Positions 1 through 12,343 of a stretch of 64,000 bases of DNA are shown here, piece by piece (within the stretch, counting starts at the first letter, position 1; each line of letters begins with the position of its first letter). The stretch covers positions 94,984,001-95,048,000 of the forward strand of contig NC_043003.1 of the NCBI RefSeq assembly GCF_006345805.1, given 5' to 3'. This DNA comes from Octopus sinensis. Lineage: Eukaryota. A program made the position numbers and the translations under genes. A model generated the notes under the pieces. The model made no database searches, was not told the origin of the DNA, and saw only the letters and a list, made by a program, of their open reading frames with translations.

Positions 1-215
1 TCAAGGCTCTGAGCTGGCCAATCTTTCAATATGGTGATGCCTTCATCAGCCAGGCTTTGTTGTGTTGCTTATGATCTGTGTCCTTCAGCAACTGAATGTA
101 TTTGGCTCTATTCAAGTTACAGTCAAATTTCTTGTCTCCCCAAAGCATCAGTCTTACCACCAAACTTCACTGTTTATGTTGTGTAACGTTCCGCTTTCCT
201 GGAGACCTTCTGGTA
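1..215 (-). mobile_element. Degraded Tc1-like transposase fragment
   Basis: Minus-strand pieces VKFGGK, LNRAKYIQLLKD and DWPAQSL resemble Tc1 motifs (VKFGGG, YxxxL, WPAQSPDLN); frameshifted and runs off the window start. Confidence 0.6.
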
Positions 216-225
216 AATTCTTGCT

Positions 226-267
<42 letters not shown>

Positions 268-269
<2 letters not shown>

Positions 270-606
270 CAATGAGGATTCCAGTTGATCTGGATAGTGG
301 AACAGCCTGCTCATGAAATTAACGTGCAAGTGACTGAGCACTCCACAGACACGTGTACCCTTAACATAGGTCTTGGGGAGATGCAGTGTGACGAGGCTGG
401 TCCTTTGAAATAGAGGTTCAACTGGAAACAGGAAGAAAGAGTGAGAGAAAGTTATGGTGAAAGAGTACAGCAGGGTTCGCAAATCAGAGCCTTGTGGAGC
501 TTTAGGTGTTTATGCTCAATAAACACAACGCCCAGTCTAGGAATCGAAACCATGATCCTACGATTGTAAGTCTACCGCCTTAACCACTGGGCTATTGCGC
601 CTCCAC
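268..606 (-). mobile_element. tRNA-headed SINE, family C
   Basis: Head GTGGAGGCGCAATAGCCCAGTGGTT...GGTTTCGATTCC with A/B-box-like motifs; homologous to copies at 30298, 37882, 51726, 55399, 63354. Confidence 0.8.
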
Positions 607-660
607 ACACACACACATGCATGCACACACATACACACACACACATACATATATACATAT

Positions 661-953
661 AAGAATAAGGAGAAAATGGAGAGGTTAATTAATAAAATAT
701 TATTTATTAATTATAAAATATGAAAACATCTCTGACAGCAGTTTCGATTCAGTAATCTTTAGATAATTAATTTATAAAATTAAAATCATTACGAGATGAA
801 TCTCTTCAGAGGTAGTAAAGATATACCAATTAGAAATACTTGTTGAGATAACAGCTATAAACCGTTAATTGATAGCATATATACAAAAAGAGCCAGTTAT
901 AGAAGGCTTCAATCCAACATAGAAGGGGAAGGTAGTGTATATTCTATGTCTTA
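661..953 (-). mobile_element. Penelope-like terminal repeat, inverted copy of 1994-2285 and 2550-2841
   Basis: Reverse complement aligns nearly base for base with 1994-2285 and carries a CTGAAGA...GAAAC..GTC motif. Confidence 0.6.
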
Positions 954-1867
954 GTATCAGAAAGGGATAGATAATTTCTAAATATAATAATAACTTATTG
1001 TTTATGATAATAAATAAAATTTAATATAAATAAATAAATAGAAAGTCTAGAATAAGATGGAAAGAGAAAATATCAAAATCATTAACTTCTTTATGTATCC
1101 TTGATTGTTTTTAGTTTTATTTATTTTATATTTAATTAGTATTAGAATGTGTCAAATTAATAGCATATTGAGCTGATTGCTAATTCACTGCTTAAATACA
1201 CAACTATATTATCATTGCCTCTGATTACATTTTCAGATATGCCCCTGTTTAAAGTTGTCCTGGCTTTGCTGTCTTTATGTATATTTTCCCCTACATCCCT
1301 GCTATACATGAAGGCATTTTGTGTAATTCAATGTAATTTATTTTTTATTTTATTTTATTTTTAATTTATTTATATATAAGTATTTCCTCTTACATAATGA
1401 TTATTTTCCTAATAATTCTTTTGTCCCCTTAAGCAAGTTTCATAGCATATTATCTTATGGTTTCTCTAAGGGAATGCTGTATGCCTGAAATTTAAAAATT
1501 TTTTCCCTATCCAATAGTTTATTATCATTGTTTTTTACCTCAAAGGCTTGAAATAAATTTTCTTAAGGGATGTAAGGATATATAATGTATTTTGATATTT
1601 TCTCTTTCCATCTTATTCTAAACTTTCTATTTATTTATTTACATTAAATTTTATTTCATTATTATATTATGATATATAATTATTTCATTATTATATAATA
1701 ATAATAATAATAATAATAAAATAAGTTATTATTATTATTATATTTAGAAATTATTTATCCCTTTCTGATAACTTAGGTTAATATTTATTTGCCACGATTT
1801 GCATCTACTTGATTTAAATTTTTTGTATTTCAGTATTATAGATAAGTATGATATTATATGGCATTAT

Positions 1868-1868
<1 letters not shown>

Positions 1869-1925
<57 letters not shown>

Positions 1926-2429
1926 CATACATGCTTTTTCTTTTTTCTCCTTTTCAGTACCCTATGATATTATATTAATCTCTTTTCTTTCTTTAAGACA
2001 TAGAAAATACACTACCTTCTCCCTCTATGTTGGATTGAAGCCTTCTATAACTGGCTCTTTTTGTATATATGCTATCAATTAACGGTTTATAGCTGTTATC
2101 TCAACAAGTATTTCTAATCGGTATTTCTTTACTACCTCTGAAGAGATTCATCTTGTAATGATTTTAATTTTATAAATTAATTATCTAAAGATTACTGAAT
2201 TGAAACTGCTGTCAGAGATGTTTTCGTATTTTATAATTAATAAATAATATTTTATTAATTATCTCTCCATTTTCTCCTTATTCTTTAAATATATAAATAT
2301 ATGAACTGCAGTTTATATGATCACCTTATAGTTGAACTTTCTATGGATTGATAACTAACCAGTATTTTCACTGGATTATATTATCCTTTAATGAGGTTTA
2401 TAACCTCTACTTGAATGTGTGTGTATGTT

Positions 2430-2481
<52 letters not shown>

Positions 2482-3012
2482 CATACATGCTTTTTCTTTT
2501 TTCTCCTTTTCAGTACCCTATGATATTATATTAATCTCTTTTCTTTCTTTAAGACATAGAAAATACACTACCTTCTCCCTCTATGTTGGATTGAAGCCTT
2601 CTATAACTGGCTCTTTTTGTATATATGCTATCAATTAACGGTTTATAGCTGTTATCTCAACAAGTATTTCTAATCGGTATTTCTTTACTACCTCTGAAGA
2701 GATTCATCTTGTAATGATTTTAATTTTATAAATTAATTATCTAAAGATTACTGAATTGAAACTGCTGTCAGAGATGTTTTCGTATTTTATAATTAATAAA
2801 TAATATTTTATTAATTATCTCTCCATTTTCTCCTTATTCTTTAAATATATAAATATATGAACTGCAGTTTATATGATCACCTTATAGTTGAACTTTCTAT
2901 GGATTGATAACTAACCAGTATTTTCACTGGATTATATTATCCTTTAATGAGGTTTATAACCTCTACTTGAATGTGTGTGTATGTTTGTATATATATATAT
3001 ATATATATATAT
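1869..3012. repeat. 556-bp tandem duplication bounded by three (TA)n tracts
   Basis: 1919-2431 recurs at 2475-2987 (offset 556) with no difference seen by eye. Confidence 0.95.
2135..2217 (+). ncRNA. Hammerhead-like motif (also at 2691-2773 + and 731-811 -)
   Basis: CTGAAGA 2138-2144; stem II GATTCA/TGAATT (TGAATC in the inverted copy) with a long AT-rich insert; GAAAC-TGCT-GTC; stem I only 2 bp. Confidence 0.4.
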
Positions 3013-3139
3013 TTAGTCTATTGACTAAATTTCTTTTGCACTAGGCCACTGGTAATAAAAATTTCTATAATTCTTATTACCCTAATATTATTTATTATGT
3101 TTATATATATATATATATATATAATGGGGCTTTTTTTAC

Positions 3140-3860
3140 TCCTGACATGGATGTCTATGCATCTGCAGGCATCACTTCAATTAAATCAATGATTCTGTAA
3201 AATCAAAGGAGATGATCTGGCCATATTGTTCGAATGGCGGATGAACACACACCCAAACAGCTGTTTTGTGGCCAGCTTGCAGAGAAGAAAATCAATCGGC
3301 ATAAGGATGGCATAAGGACTACCATGAAGTCACTTGGAATAGATCCAAAGGCAATAGAAACCCTTGCTTCGACTTGAGCTGAATGGCAAACAAAAGTGTG
3401 AAGTAGAGTGAAAGCTTTGGAGGAGGCCAGAATGACGTATGCAACACTTGAGATATTTAAAGAAGAATGTTACGATCAAGAAGGTGAATCTTGGTGACTT
3501 CTTTGTGTGTACAGTTTGTTACAGACCATGCCTTTCTTTTACTGAGCTTAAATCTCATTTGCAAACCCATGAAAAATGAATCTCTACCAACTATTCTGCC
3601 TATATAAATGTACACACCTTTCAATACTGTGTATGCCATAAGGTCTGCAAATCTAAGACATTTTATGATTCACAAAGATCAGAACTTAACTGCTGCACTT
3701 GGTGATCTAAATCAGATGGACAATCTATGTTGGTGTCTTTTCAATACAATGCCTGGTTTAAAAAGCCACATCAGACACCATGATGGATCTAAGGTATAAG
3801 TACAAGAGGTGGTCAGACTCTGCATGAAGAGTAGGCAACCGTCATGTGTGTGTGTGTTGA
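3140..3860 (+). mobile_element. RTE-clade LINE 3' fragment with C2H2-like fingers
   Basis: Translates to GHIVRMADEHTPKQLFCGQL (RTE C-terminus), then CTVCYRPCLSFTELKSHLQTH and LCWCLFNTMPGLKSHIRHH; stops and frameshifts present. Confidence 0.65.
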
Positions 3861-4461
3861 TATCATCAGGTAGCCGAATACAGTGAATGGGCTTGAAACA
3901 GCATACTACAAGGTGTATACCAAAATTTAAAATCATTATTTATATAATTGAATAAGTAGAAGTCAACAAGGAGTACAGTTGGACATTTATTTGCAATCAC
4001 TACAATTGTTTCTATGTGTTGTTGTTCTCCAGGCTTGTATAATGCTACTACTGGATAGCACAGGGTGAAATCTGAAGGTGGACGAGCTTTATACTGTACT
4101 CTGCTTCATTCTTAACAGAATATAACATAACTACACATATATATATATATATATGTTTGTATTTATATTCGTGTAACATCATCTGTTTTTCCGTCCTTGA
4201 TTTCGTATGCATTCGATGCTTTTTTTCCAAGGAATCTAATGCTTTTAGCTTAGTTTTTCGTTGGGGCTAGCCAGATTGGAGCAATCTCAAGATTAATCGG
4301 CCGAAATTGCAAGGATGATCCAATTCTTGACTGAGGATAAAAGGCTTTGAATGACCTGTCCTTGTTGTTTTGTATCATTTATCTGGATGTTTTGTTGTCC
4401 CTTTTTGTATCACCTAGTTGTCTGGATGTTTTGCGTTCTTGTCCCATTTTGTATTTTGTTT

Positions 4462-4498
<37 letters not shown>

Positions 4499-5855
4499 TT
4501 GTGTGTATTATATTTGTTGCTTACCTAACTACATTTGCCCTCACTTGTCATATTGGCTAAGTCAAGCTTTAATTAACCTTGTTCTGAAGTATTACTATAG
4601 CTAGTAGTTGGTGAAGTTTATTACCCAAGAACTACAATTTCAAAATGTAAAATTTTTTTAAAATACTTAAAATATAAAGAAAGAAAAGGGTGAAAAAAAA
4701 AGACTCCATGAAAAACACATAACTAAAATAGTATTTCCTTGTGATGGTATTTATTTCATTCTTATTTCTTGGTTGATACTAATCACTTCAGTTTATGCCT
4801 AGAGGTTTAAGAAAAAAATTAGAGAAAACCACCTCCACTACCACCCTAAAAAGAGTTCACTTTTCTCATCCATCAAGTTTATAATTGAACAGGATAAAAA
4901 GTGTTAGTGGTGTTTTGGTTGTTGAATATTTTTGTTTTTGTGGAGGTGTATTTTTTTTCTGCAGAAGTAATTTGTCTTGAAAACTTTGTTGTATTGAAAA
5001 ATTTGGCTTTGTCACTTTGGATTAATGGTTTACATGCAGAAAGCATGTAAAGTGATAGAGTGCTGGAATAACCATACTTAAATAAGAGGGGAGGGGTATT
5101 AAAAAAATAAACTCTAAAAATTAAACCACTATAGTAGAACATACAAGAAAGAAGAGTGATGAGAGTTCAAGATAGAAATCTTTGGCTAGAATATTAAATT
5201 TAGAGGGAATAAGCCAGTGAGTAACTGCCAAGAAGCTAGTAGAGTAAATAGTTTTTTTTTTTTTTTTTGAATTGACAATGGGAAAAATTTTTGAGTCAAC
5301 AAAGATGCTTTTTGAGCCAACTGAAGAACTTTTACATATTCATTTAACCTATTCAGTATGGCAGTCAGGTTTCTCTTTAGCGATATCCTCACTAGCATTA
5401 AAATGGAAATTGTGGATTTCGAGAATTAAATCTTGTCACTTAAAAGATCTGGTAGCCATGTTGATCAAGTGATTTGTTTAGTCATCTGATATTTGTCTTC
5501 TAGGTCTGATCAAGATGATCTGACTTATGCTATGTAGCAACAATGTTTCAAACTAACAAGGGTAACACCTACATGATAATTTGAAATAGCAGCCAAATCT
5601 CCCTCAAATCACACCCTATCATCTTTTGCAAAAAAACGACAAAAAAATGGAAGGCAGCATAGGAGAATGTAGTCCTAAGTATACTCTGCTTGAATAAAAG
5701 AAGTCACAAATGCAATGTCTTGAACCTGGGTCGACTTAATCAGGACTGACCTAGGGTTAAACAACATTCAACCGTGAGGGGAATTGTGAAGCATATATTC
5801 ATTTATGTGACCTGGTTAAATTACTGCTAAATTTTAGAAACTGTTCCTTAATTAA

Positions 5856-6169
5856 CCCTTTCGTTACCAAAGCGCCCAAAGCCGCCCCAAAAAGTTTTGG
5901 TTCGTGTGAAATAGCCGCCCAAAACCGCCCATAATTTTGTTGAATTTACCTGCATCTACCTGCAGTTAGAGTCACTTTGTGATAAAAATTATGGTATAGA
6001 ATTGGTTGAGAACCTTTCATTAAATTATCTTCTAAAAATCACATTAATATATTGATAAATAAAAAAGTTACAGTTGTTTAATGAAACCAGACTAAATTTA
6101 TGATTATGTTAGAAATTAATTGAAACACATAAGGAGTGTATTTTGGTTAGAAATATAGTAACGAAAGGG
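5856..6169. mobile_element. piggyBac-type MITE
   Basis: Perfect 12-bp TIRs CCCTTTCGTTAC / GTAACGAAAGGG with TTAA on both sides (5852-5855, 6170-6173). Confidence 0.9.
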
Positions 6170-6525
6170 TTAATAGATCACAGGTCTTGTGCCAAAATTT
6201 GAAACCAATATCAGTGTTTTATCTATTTGTTATGTAGAATATACGTTATGAGAGAAGCGGTATTTTGCTGGGTGGTTAGTGTTTTATATCTGTTTGAGTT
6301 GTACTTATTGAATTGAAAGTATAATGCATAGGATGAAGGTTTTTCCTAGAAGGCCTATATATTTCACTGTGTAAAATTATAAGTAATTGTATGCCTTTTG
6401 TATTTTTAACATTTCTTGTTTTTAATTCTGTGCCCCAGCATGACTGAAATGGATAAAAGATAAAAATTGGGTACAATAAAAAGTACTTGTCTCCTTTGTC
6501 TAAAAATTTCAAGCAACTGACCTTA

Positions 6526-7095
6526 TTTATCTCTTTTGCTTTCTAGATTTTAAACTCACCTTGAGGAAATTCTCAACTCTTGATAGCTAGAATTTATCTC
6601 CTTATCTCCTTGCTTGTTTTTTAGATTTTAAACACTTGTAGAGAAAGTTTTTGTTTCTTAAAGGTTTAGGTTTATCTCCATTGCTTGTTCTTTAAGATTT
6701 TAAACATTCTTAGAGGGAGTTTTTCTCTCTTGATTACAAGGATTTATCTTGCTTGTTATCTGATTTTAACCCTTTAGTACTTATACCAGCCATAACTCGC
6801 CAAAATATTCTACCTGTTTTATCTTCAAACTGGTCAGATATGGTCTTTCATAGCTACCTTATAGTGTCATTTTAAAAATAAACAATCACGTGGTGGTGCC
6901 CCAGCATGGCCACAGCTCGTGAGCTGAAACTAGATAAAATAAAATTTAAAAAAAACATCATTGAAACCTCAAAGCCCATGAAATAATGCATGATTAATTT
7001 AAAATGGTGTAAATACATAAGCTTTACATTTGACAGAATAATCTGAATGCTAAAGGATTAAACTTTCTTAGTGGGAGTTTTTATCTCCTAATTGG
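6526..7095. repeat. Degenerate ~70-bp minisatellite interrupted by a MITE
   Basis: Units TTTATCTC..TTGCTTGTT..AGATTTTAAA..TAGAG.. start near 6526, 6600, 6671 and 6743; the fourth resumes after 7061. Confidence 0.7.
6770..7057. mobile_element. piggyBac-type MITE, second family, with a nested SINE-tail fragment
   Basis: TTAA-CCCTTTAGTA ... ATGCTAAAGGA-TTAA; related copies at 58551-58770 and 60067-60634. Confidence 0.8.
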
Positions 7096-7224
7096 TAGGA
7101 TATACTCAGCTGATGAAAGACTTTTCATCCCACTATGCTTATGCAATATGCTAACTGTATATATATCACTTCTGTGTGTGTGTGTATGTATGTATGTATG
7201 TATGTATGTATGTATATATATATA

Positions 7225-7370
7225 TCATCATCATCATCATCATCGTCGTTTAACGTCCGTTCTCCATGCTAGCATGGGTTGGACGGTTCGACCGGGGTTC
7301 TGGGAAGCCAGAAGGCTGCACCTGGCTCCAGTCTAATTTGGCAATGTTTCTACAGCTGGATGCCCTTCCT
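7225..7370 (-). mobile_element. RTE 3'-UTR fragment with (GAT)n tail
   Basis: AGGAAGGGCATCCAGCTGTAGAAAC...GGACGTTAAACGACGATGATG matches the 3' end of the RTE at 30597-32978; similar copies at 11520-11656, 21081-21495, 29905-30290 (-), 47205-47429, 58880-59140. Confidence 0.85.
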
Positions 7371-7399
7371 ATATATATATGTGTGTGTGTATATATATG

Positions 7400-7796
7400 T
7401 ATATATAAAGCTGAAGTTGTCTGTGTGTGTATGACAGATTTGGTAGCCTTCAACTAACACTATCTCCTCCGAGACCCTGTGGCGCAAGTTGACCAAAGTT
7501 GAGAGTATGATAGAAGAAAGTTTGAGCTTCATTCCGTAGAAGAAAAAATTCAAATCGGACCATGTTAACACCAAAAATTATTTACATCAAAAAGGTGCTT
7601 TTTTTTCTATGAAAATCTCTATTTTTCACGATTTTTTTACTGCTGCGTCGCCATTTTTTGGTGTATTTCAACCAGAAAAATGTTCACTTAAAGAGAATAA
7701 CAAGCTACATAATTAAAAATTTTTACTTTCCAAAAATTCCAATTCTAAAGGGTTGAAAAGAAAACAAGCTCGAGCAACGCCGGGCTATACTGCTAG
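7400..7796 (+). mobile_element. Non-autonomous Helitron
   Basis: 3' hairpin GCTCGAGCAACGCCGGGC followed by CTAG (7793-7796) then T; 5' TATATATAAAG; inverted relative at about 13340-13696. Confidence 0.7.
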
Positions 7797-10637
7797 TATA
7801 TATATATTCACATATTTGTTATGCGCAATGTTCCTCTGCAATGTTCTTACTCTTTCATACTTTAACATTTCGACATTATCTATTGAGTCTGCCAAAATGA
7901 AGACAAATGGAGGCAGTAAGTCGTTGCCAAAAATTAATTGGATATATCGTCACTGCTACCATCATAAACCAACTAATTAATAGTTGTAAAGATTTTTTTT
8001 TATTGCATGCAATGTATGTGCGTGTTCTAGAGAACATCAGTACAAATTTTACACTGCTTCGTTGTGGTGGTGGTCATAACTTATCTCATTTGGTTAGAGT
8101 ATGTGCCAAAATGTACAAACGTTATGATCAATATTATTATTGTTTGCAATAGCTTCATTCAAATTCACTTCTAGGTGCGTCATTGTGTTCCTTTACTGTA
8201 TGTAACATTGTGTATTTTGCTTGTGTAGGATTGTGTATATATACTGTATGTATTTTGCTTAGTTTGGGGAATTTTTTTTTTCTGTTAGAATTGTTAGCAT
8301 GCCAGCTAAAATGCTTAGCAGCGTTTCATCCATCTTTATGTTCTGAGATGTAATTCTGCCAAGCTTGACTTTGCCTTTCATCCTTCTGAGAACAATAAAA
8401 TCAGTACCAGTTGGACAGTAGGATTGATACATTCAACTTACCCTGCCCCTGAAATTGCAGGCCTTGTGCCAAAATTTGAAACCAGTATCAGTGTTTTTTC
8501 TATTTGTTATCTAGAATATATTTCATGAGAGAAGCAATATTTTGTCAGGTGGTTATTGTGTTTTATATCTGTTGTATGAGTTGTGCTTTTTGAATTGAAA
8601 GTATTGTGCATAGGGTGTAGGTTTTTCCAAGAAGGACTATATATTTCACTTTGTAGAATTGTAAGTAATTGCATACCTTTTTTTTTTTTTTTTTAACATT
8701 TCTTGTTTTTAAGGTTGTACCCCAGCATGGCTGCAGTCCAATGACTGAAACAAATACTCCATTTATTATTAGTACTGTTTTGACTTTTATATTCCACATC
8801 TTGTTTATTTCCATTTGATGATGCTTGTACTTTGATAGGTTTTGTTGAGAAAAAATCAATTTAGTTGCTCAGAAAAGATTGATTTTGTTCAGAGATTTTT
8901 GTCCAGACTTGATAATTGTCTCACAGAAAGTTGCTTCGATTACTTTGTCAGTTTAGATAGTTGTATACCAGATTGTTGTAACCAGATTATCATTATATAT
9001 TGTGTTTGGTACATGTTTGTATCGCTTCTCCATTTTCACATCAAAGTGTCGGCTTATTGCACAACTGATGTATAGCTGATATCTGTGGTTATATTCTGGC
9101 TTTGCAAAGCAGCTTGAAAATGATGTGATTAATTGATTCATTATATTGATTGCACTTCTGCACTCAACTTAAGCCTCTTGATTCATTAGTTGTTCTTTGT
9201 AGTTGTTTGTGGTTAAGCCCTGCTCTTGTGCAACTAAAATCAAATCCTTTTGATTTTTAGCTCAAAGTTATAATTTTTACTTTGACTTTCACTCCATTGA
9301 GTTTTACATGATATTGGCCATGGAATGGTTTTTTTCTCATTTTTTTTTCTTTTCTATATTTTGGAATTCCATTTTGAGTATGTCTTTTGCTTTTTGCTTA
9401 ACTTCTATTTTGTCTTCATCTAAACGTAGTTTCAGTGTAGTTAGCTTATGATTTGTATTAAGAACAGTTATTTATTTATATTTCTTCTCAGGTTTCTATA
9501 TTATCCTAATCAATTTTCCTTTGCTTGCTTTCAAGTATTTTGGTGTTTTCTATTTGTTTCAAGCCACAGATTGGTATTACTATTAGTTAACATAAGGCAG
9601 AAAGCTAACAGGATTGTTAGCGTGCCAAATGAAATGCTTAGCAGTATTTCTTATAACTTTACATACTGAGTTCAAATTCCACCAAGGTCAACTTCACTTT
9701 TCACCATTTGAGGATAATTTTGCCTTTCATCTCTTCAAGATCAATAAAATAAATGCCAGTTGAGCACCGGGGTTGATGTAATTGACTAGTTCCCTCTCCA
9801 CAAATTTTCTGACCTTGTGCTTATAGTAGAAAGAATTATTAATAATTAACATTGCTGTATTGCTTTCCACATTCTTGATATTAACATCACTCAATTCCTA
9901 CCTGACCAAACCATTAATTGCCGACCAAGCCATTAATTGTACGATAACAGTTTCTTTGTTAATTAATTGCTGAAATATAAAGATACAACAATTTGGATGT
10001 GTCAACTGATTCAATAATCAACTGATTTAAAACACATTAAGACTATTATCTGAAAATATAAAAGAATATTGATTTGCTTCAATCTTCATCAATTTATTTT
10101 TGAAATTAAAGGCATTCTTATATTTGGGAATTTTACAATCATGTTCATTAATGTATAGTTTAAGAAATTGTTTTGTAACATTGACCTCAGTAGATGACTT
10201 TACCATTTTTCTTTTATCTTCTATTTGTTTTAGCCATTGGTCTGTGGCTATACTTGGACACCGCCTTGAAGGATTTAGTTGAAAAAATTAATTCTAGCAC
10301 TTTTTAAATATGATACTTATTCTATTCATCCTTTTTATAGGGATATAAACAAACCAATGCCACTTGTCAAGTAATGGATAGGGGGCAAACACATGTGCTA
10401 CAGAAGCCTACCATTTTATATATATATATATATATAAGAGATAATGGTGTCATTGAGACCCAAATGTGTCAGGTAATGCTGAGTATAAGACAGACCATAG
10501 TTAAGTTACAGATTCGGTAATATGGCAAGTAAAGGGTTCAATGTTGGTTCTATGTCAGCGTGTGTATATAAGAATTTTTTGCGTAATAAGATAAAAAACC
10601 AAGGCTGTATAGATATTAGAGCATTTATGGATAGAAG

Positions 10638-10689
10638 GTCTTACAGCTGTTTCTAGGATATTTATTAATAATATCCCTTCATCAGAGAC
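10638..10689 (-). ncRNA. Minimal type-I hammerhead ribozyme in a Penelope-like terminus
   Basis: GTCT-CTGATGA-AGGGATATT(ATTAATA)AATATCCTA-GAAAC-AGCT-GTA|AGAC: 4-bp stem I, intact core, 8-bp stem II, palindromic helix III loop, GUA triplet. Confidence 0.8.
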
Positions 10690-10814
10690 GGTGTGAGAGA
10701 AAAGTTATATATATATATATATATATAGTTAATCCAAACAAGAAAGCACAAAAAAAACACAACACGAGGACGTGGAACAAATATAGTATAATTGGACGCT
10801 CAGGAAAGAAGGAG

Positions 10815-10851
10815 TGTTTAACGTTTCGAGCAGAGCTCTTCGTCGGAAACA
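10815..10851 (-). ncRNA. Ultra-short hammerhead variant in a second Penelope-like terminus
   Basis: TGTTT-CCGACGA-A-GAGC(TCT)GCTC-GAAACGTT|AAACA: 5-bp stem I, U4C core variant, AACGTT palindrome in place of helix III. Confidence 0.65.
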
Positions 10852-11757
10852 TAGGAGAAGGAAAGATCCAGAGAAGGGAAGACAGAGGGAAAAAAATCCA
10901 AAATATATATATATAACGGTGCATTATGTGGTAAGAAGTTTGCTTCCCAACCACATGGTTCCAGGTTCAGTCCCACTATGTTTCAAGTGTCTACTTACAT
11001 GTATGTATATGTATGCATATATTCACTTATACTTATGTGGATGTGTATTTACGTACATATTTCCATATATTTATATATGTGATCTTATATGTGTATTTAT
11101 GCTAATATACACTTTTGTATACACATATACGTAATTTTATTTTGTGTACGTTCATTACACATATTCAGCCACCTTTCTTTCTTTTTCCTTCGTTACGGAA
11201 AGTATCTTTTCTTTCCCTATTTGTTACTTGTATAGGGTCTTTTAACAATGCGTTCCTCTTCTCTCCTCCTTTCCTCACTGTCTCTTACACTTAAGATCCT
11301 TCCTTTTTTTTTTTCTTTCTCCCTCCATACGTTTTAAAATTTACTTCTCATCTAGCTTGTCTCTTATGACTTCTACATGTATACACCAAGTGATTTTTGC
11401 ATGCGAGCAGACTACATACATATTGATGTCTGTATATGTATGTAGTCTGTATGCATCCATCTGTGTATTTTGATGTATATATGTATATTGATGGTTTAGT
11501 ATCTGTATGTATTTGGCACTAGGAAGGACATCCCGCTGTAGAAACACTGCCAGATCAGACTGGGCCTGGCGCAGCCTTCTGGCTTCTCAGACCCCAGTTG
11601 AACCGTCCAACCCATGCTAGCATGGAGAACGGACATTAAATGATGATGATGATGATATACTGTTGTAAAATATTTATGTAATGCAGCATGAAAATTATAA
11701 TTTTAATTTTAATGTATTAATTGAATTATATTTCGTATATAATTATTTACAATATGT

Positions 11758-11816
11758 ATAACTGAAGTGATGGTGGCATGGATTACTACCTCAGCATCCG
11801 AAACTCGGAGTTTTAT
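11758..11816 (+). ncRNA. Degenerate hammerhead-like motif
   Basis: ATAA-CTGAAGT-GATG...CATC-CGAAACTCGGAGTT|TTAT; core A9 position altered. Confidence 0.35.
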
Positions 11817-11921
11817 CTTGGCTACCGAATAATTGTCACATATTACATTTACAGATAAATTCCTCTATATTTACATAATATTGAGGTCTCTTTCTTTCTT
11901 TTGTTATCTTACCGTTTTTAT

Positions 11922-11971
<50 letters not shown>

Positions 11972-12343
11972 GTATATACTCATGAGACATTGATCAGTCC
12001 TGAGCTATAGCAAAAGACATTTGCCCAAGAATGCATCCATCCTTGTGCTTATATAATATCAACCTTGGATGTTTAAAAGATATGATTCTAGTGTGTCATG
12101 GTTTGAATTTGGAGCACTTATATTGTCTGACTGAGCATTCCTATAATTAAAAGCATTTCATCCATGACTATGCCAATCTTTTTCCAAAGCACAGTGTACT
12201 AAGAACAATGCTATACAATGTATCTTTCATAAGATGCTACAGTTTGAATTTGTTTGGGATTTAACTGGTACTTCTAGCTGAACAAGGCTCTGTGATTGGG
12301 TCATCAGTAATAATGTTGAACTGGATGCAATTGATGATCCAAG

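Noticed and set aside
3780-3800. GATGGATCTAAG|GTATAAG as the missing upstream TP53I11 exon end
   Set aside because: Upstream residues (LKSHIRHHDGSK) belong to an RTE zinc finger and lack RLKTRK/GVG
4170-4480. Repeat with GGCCGAAATTGC, possible hammerhead
   Set aside because: No CTGANGA positioned upstream of a stem II
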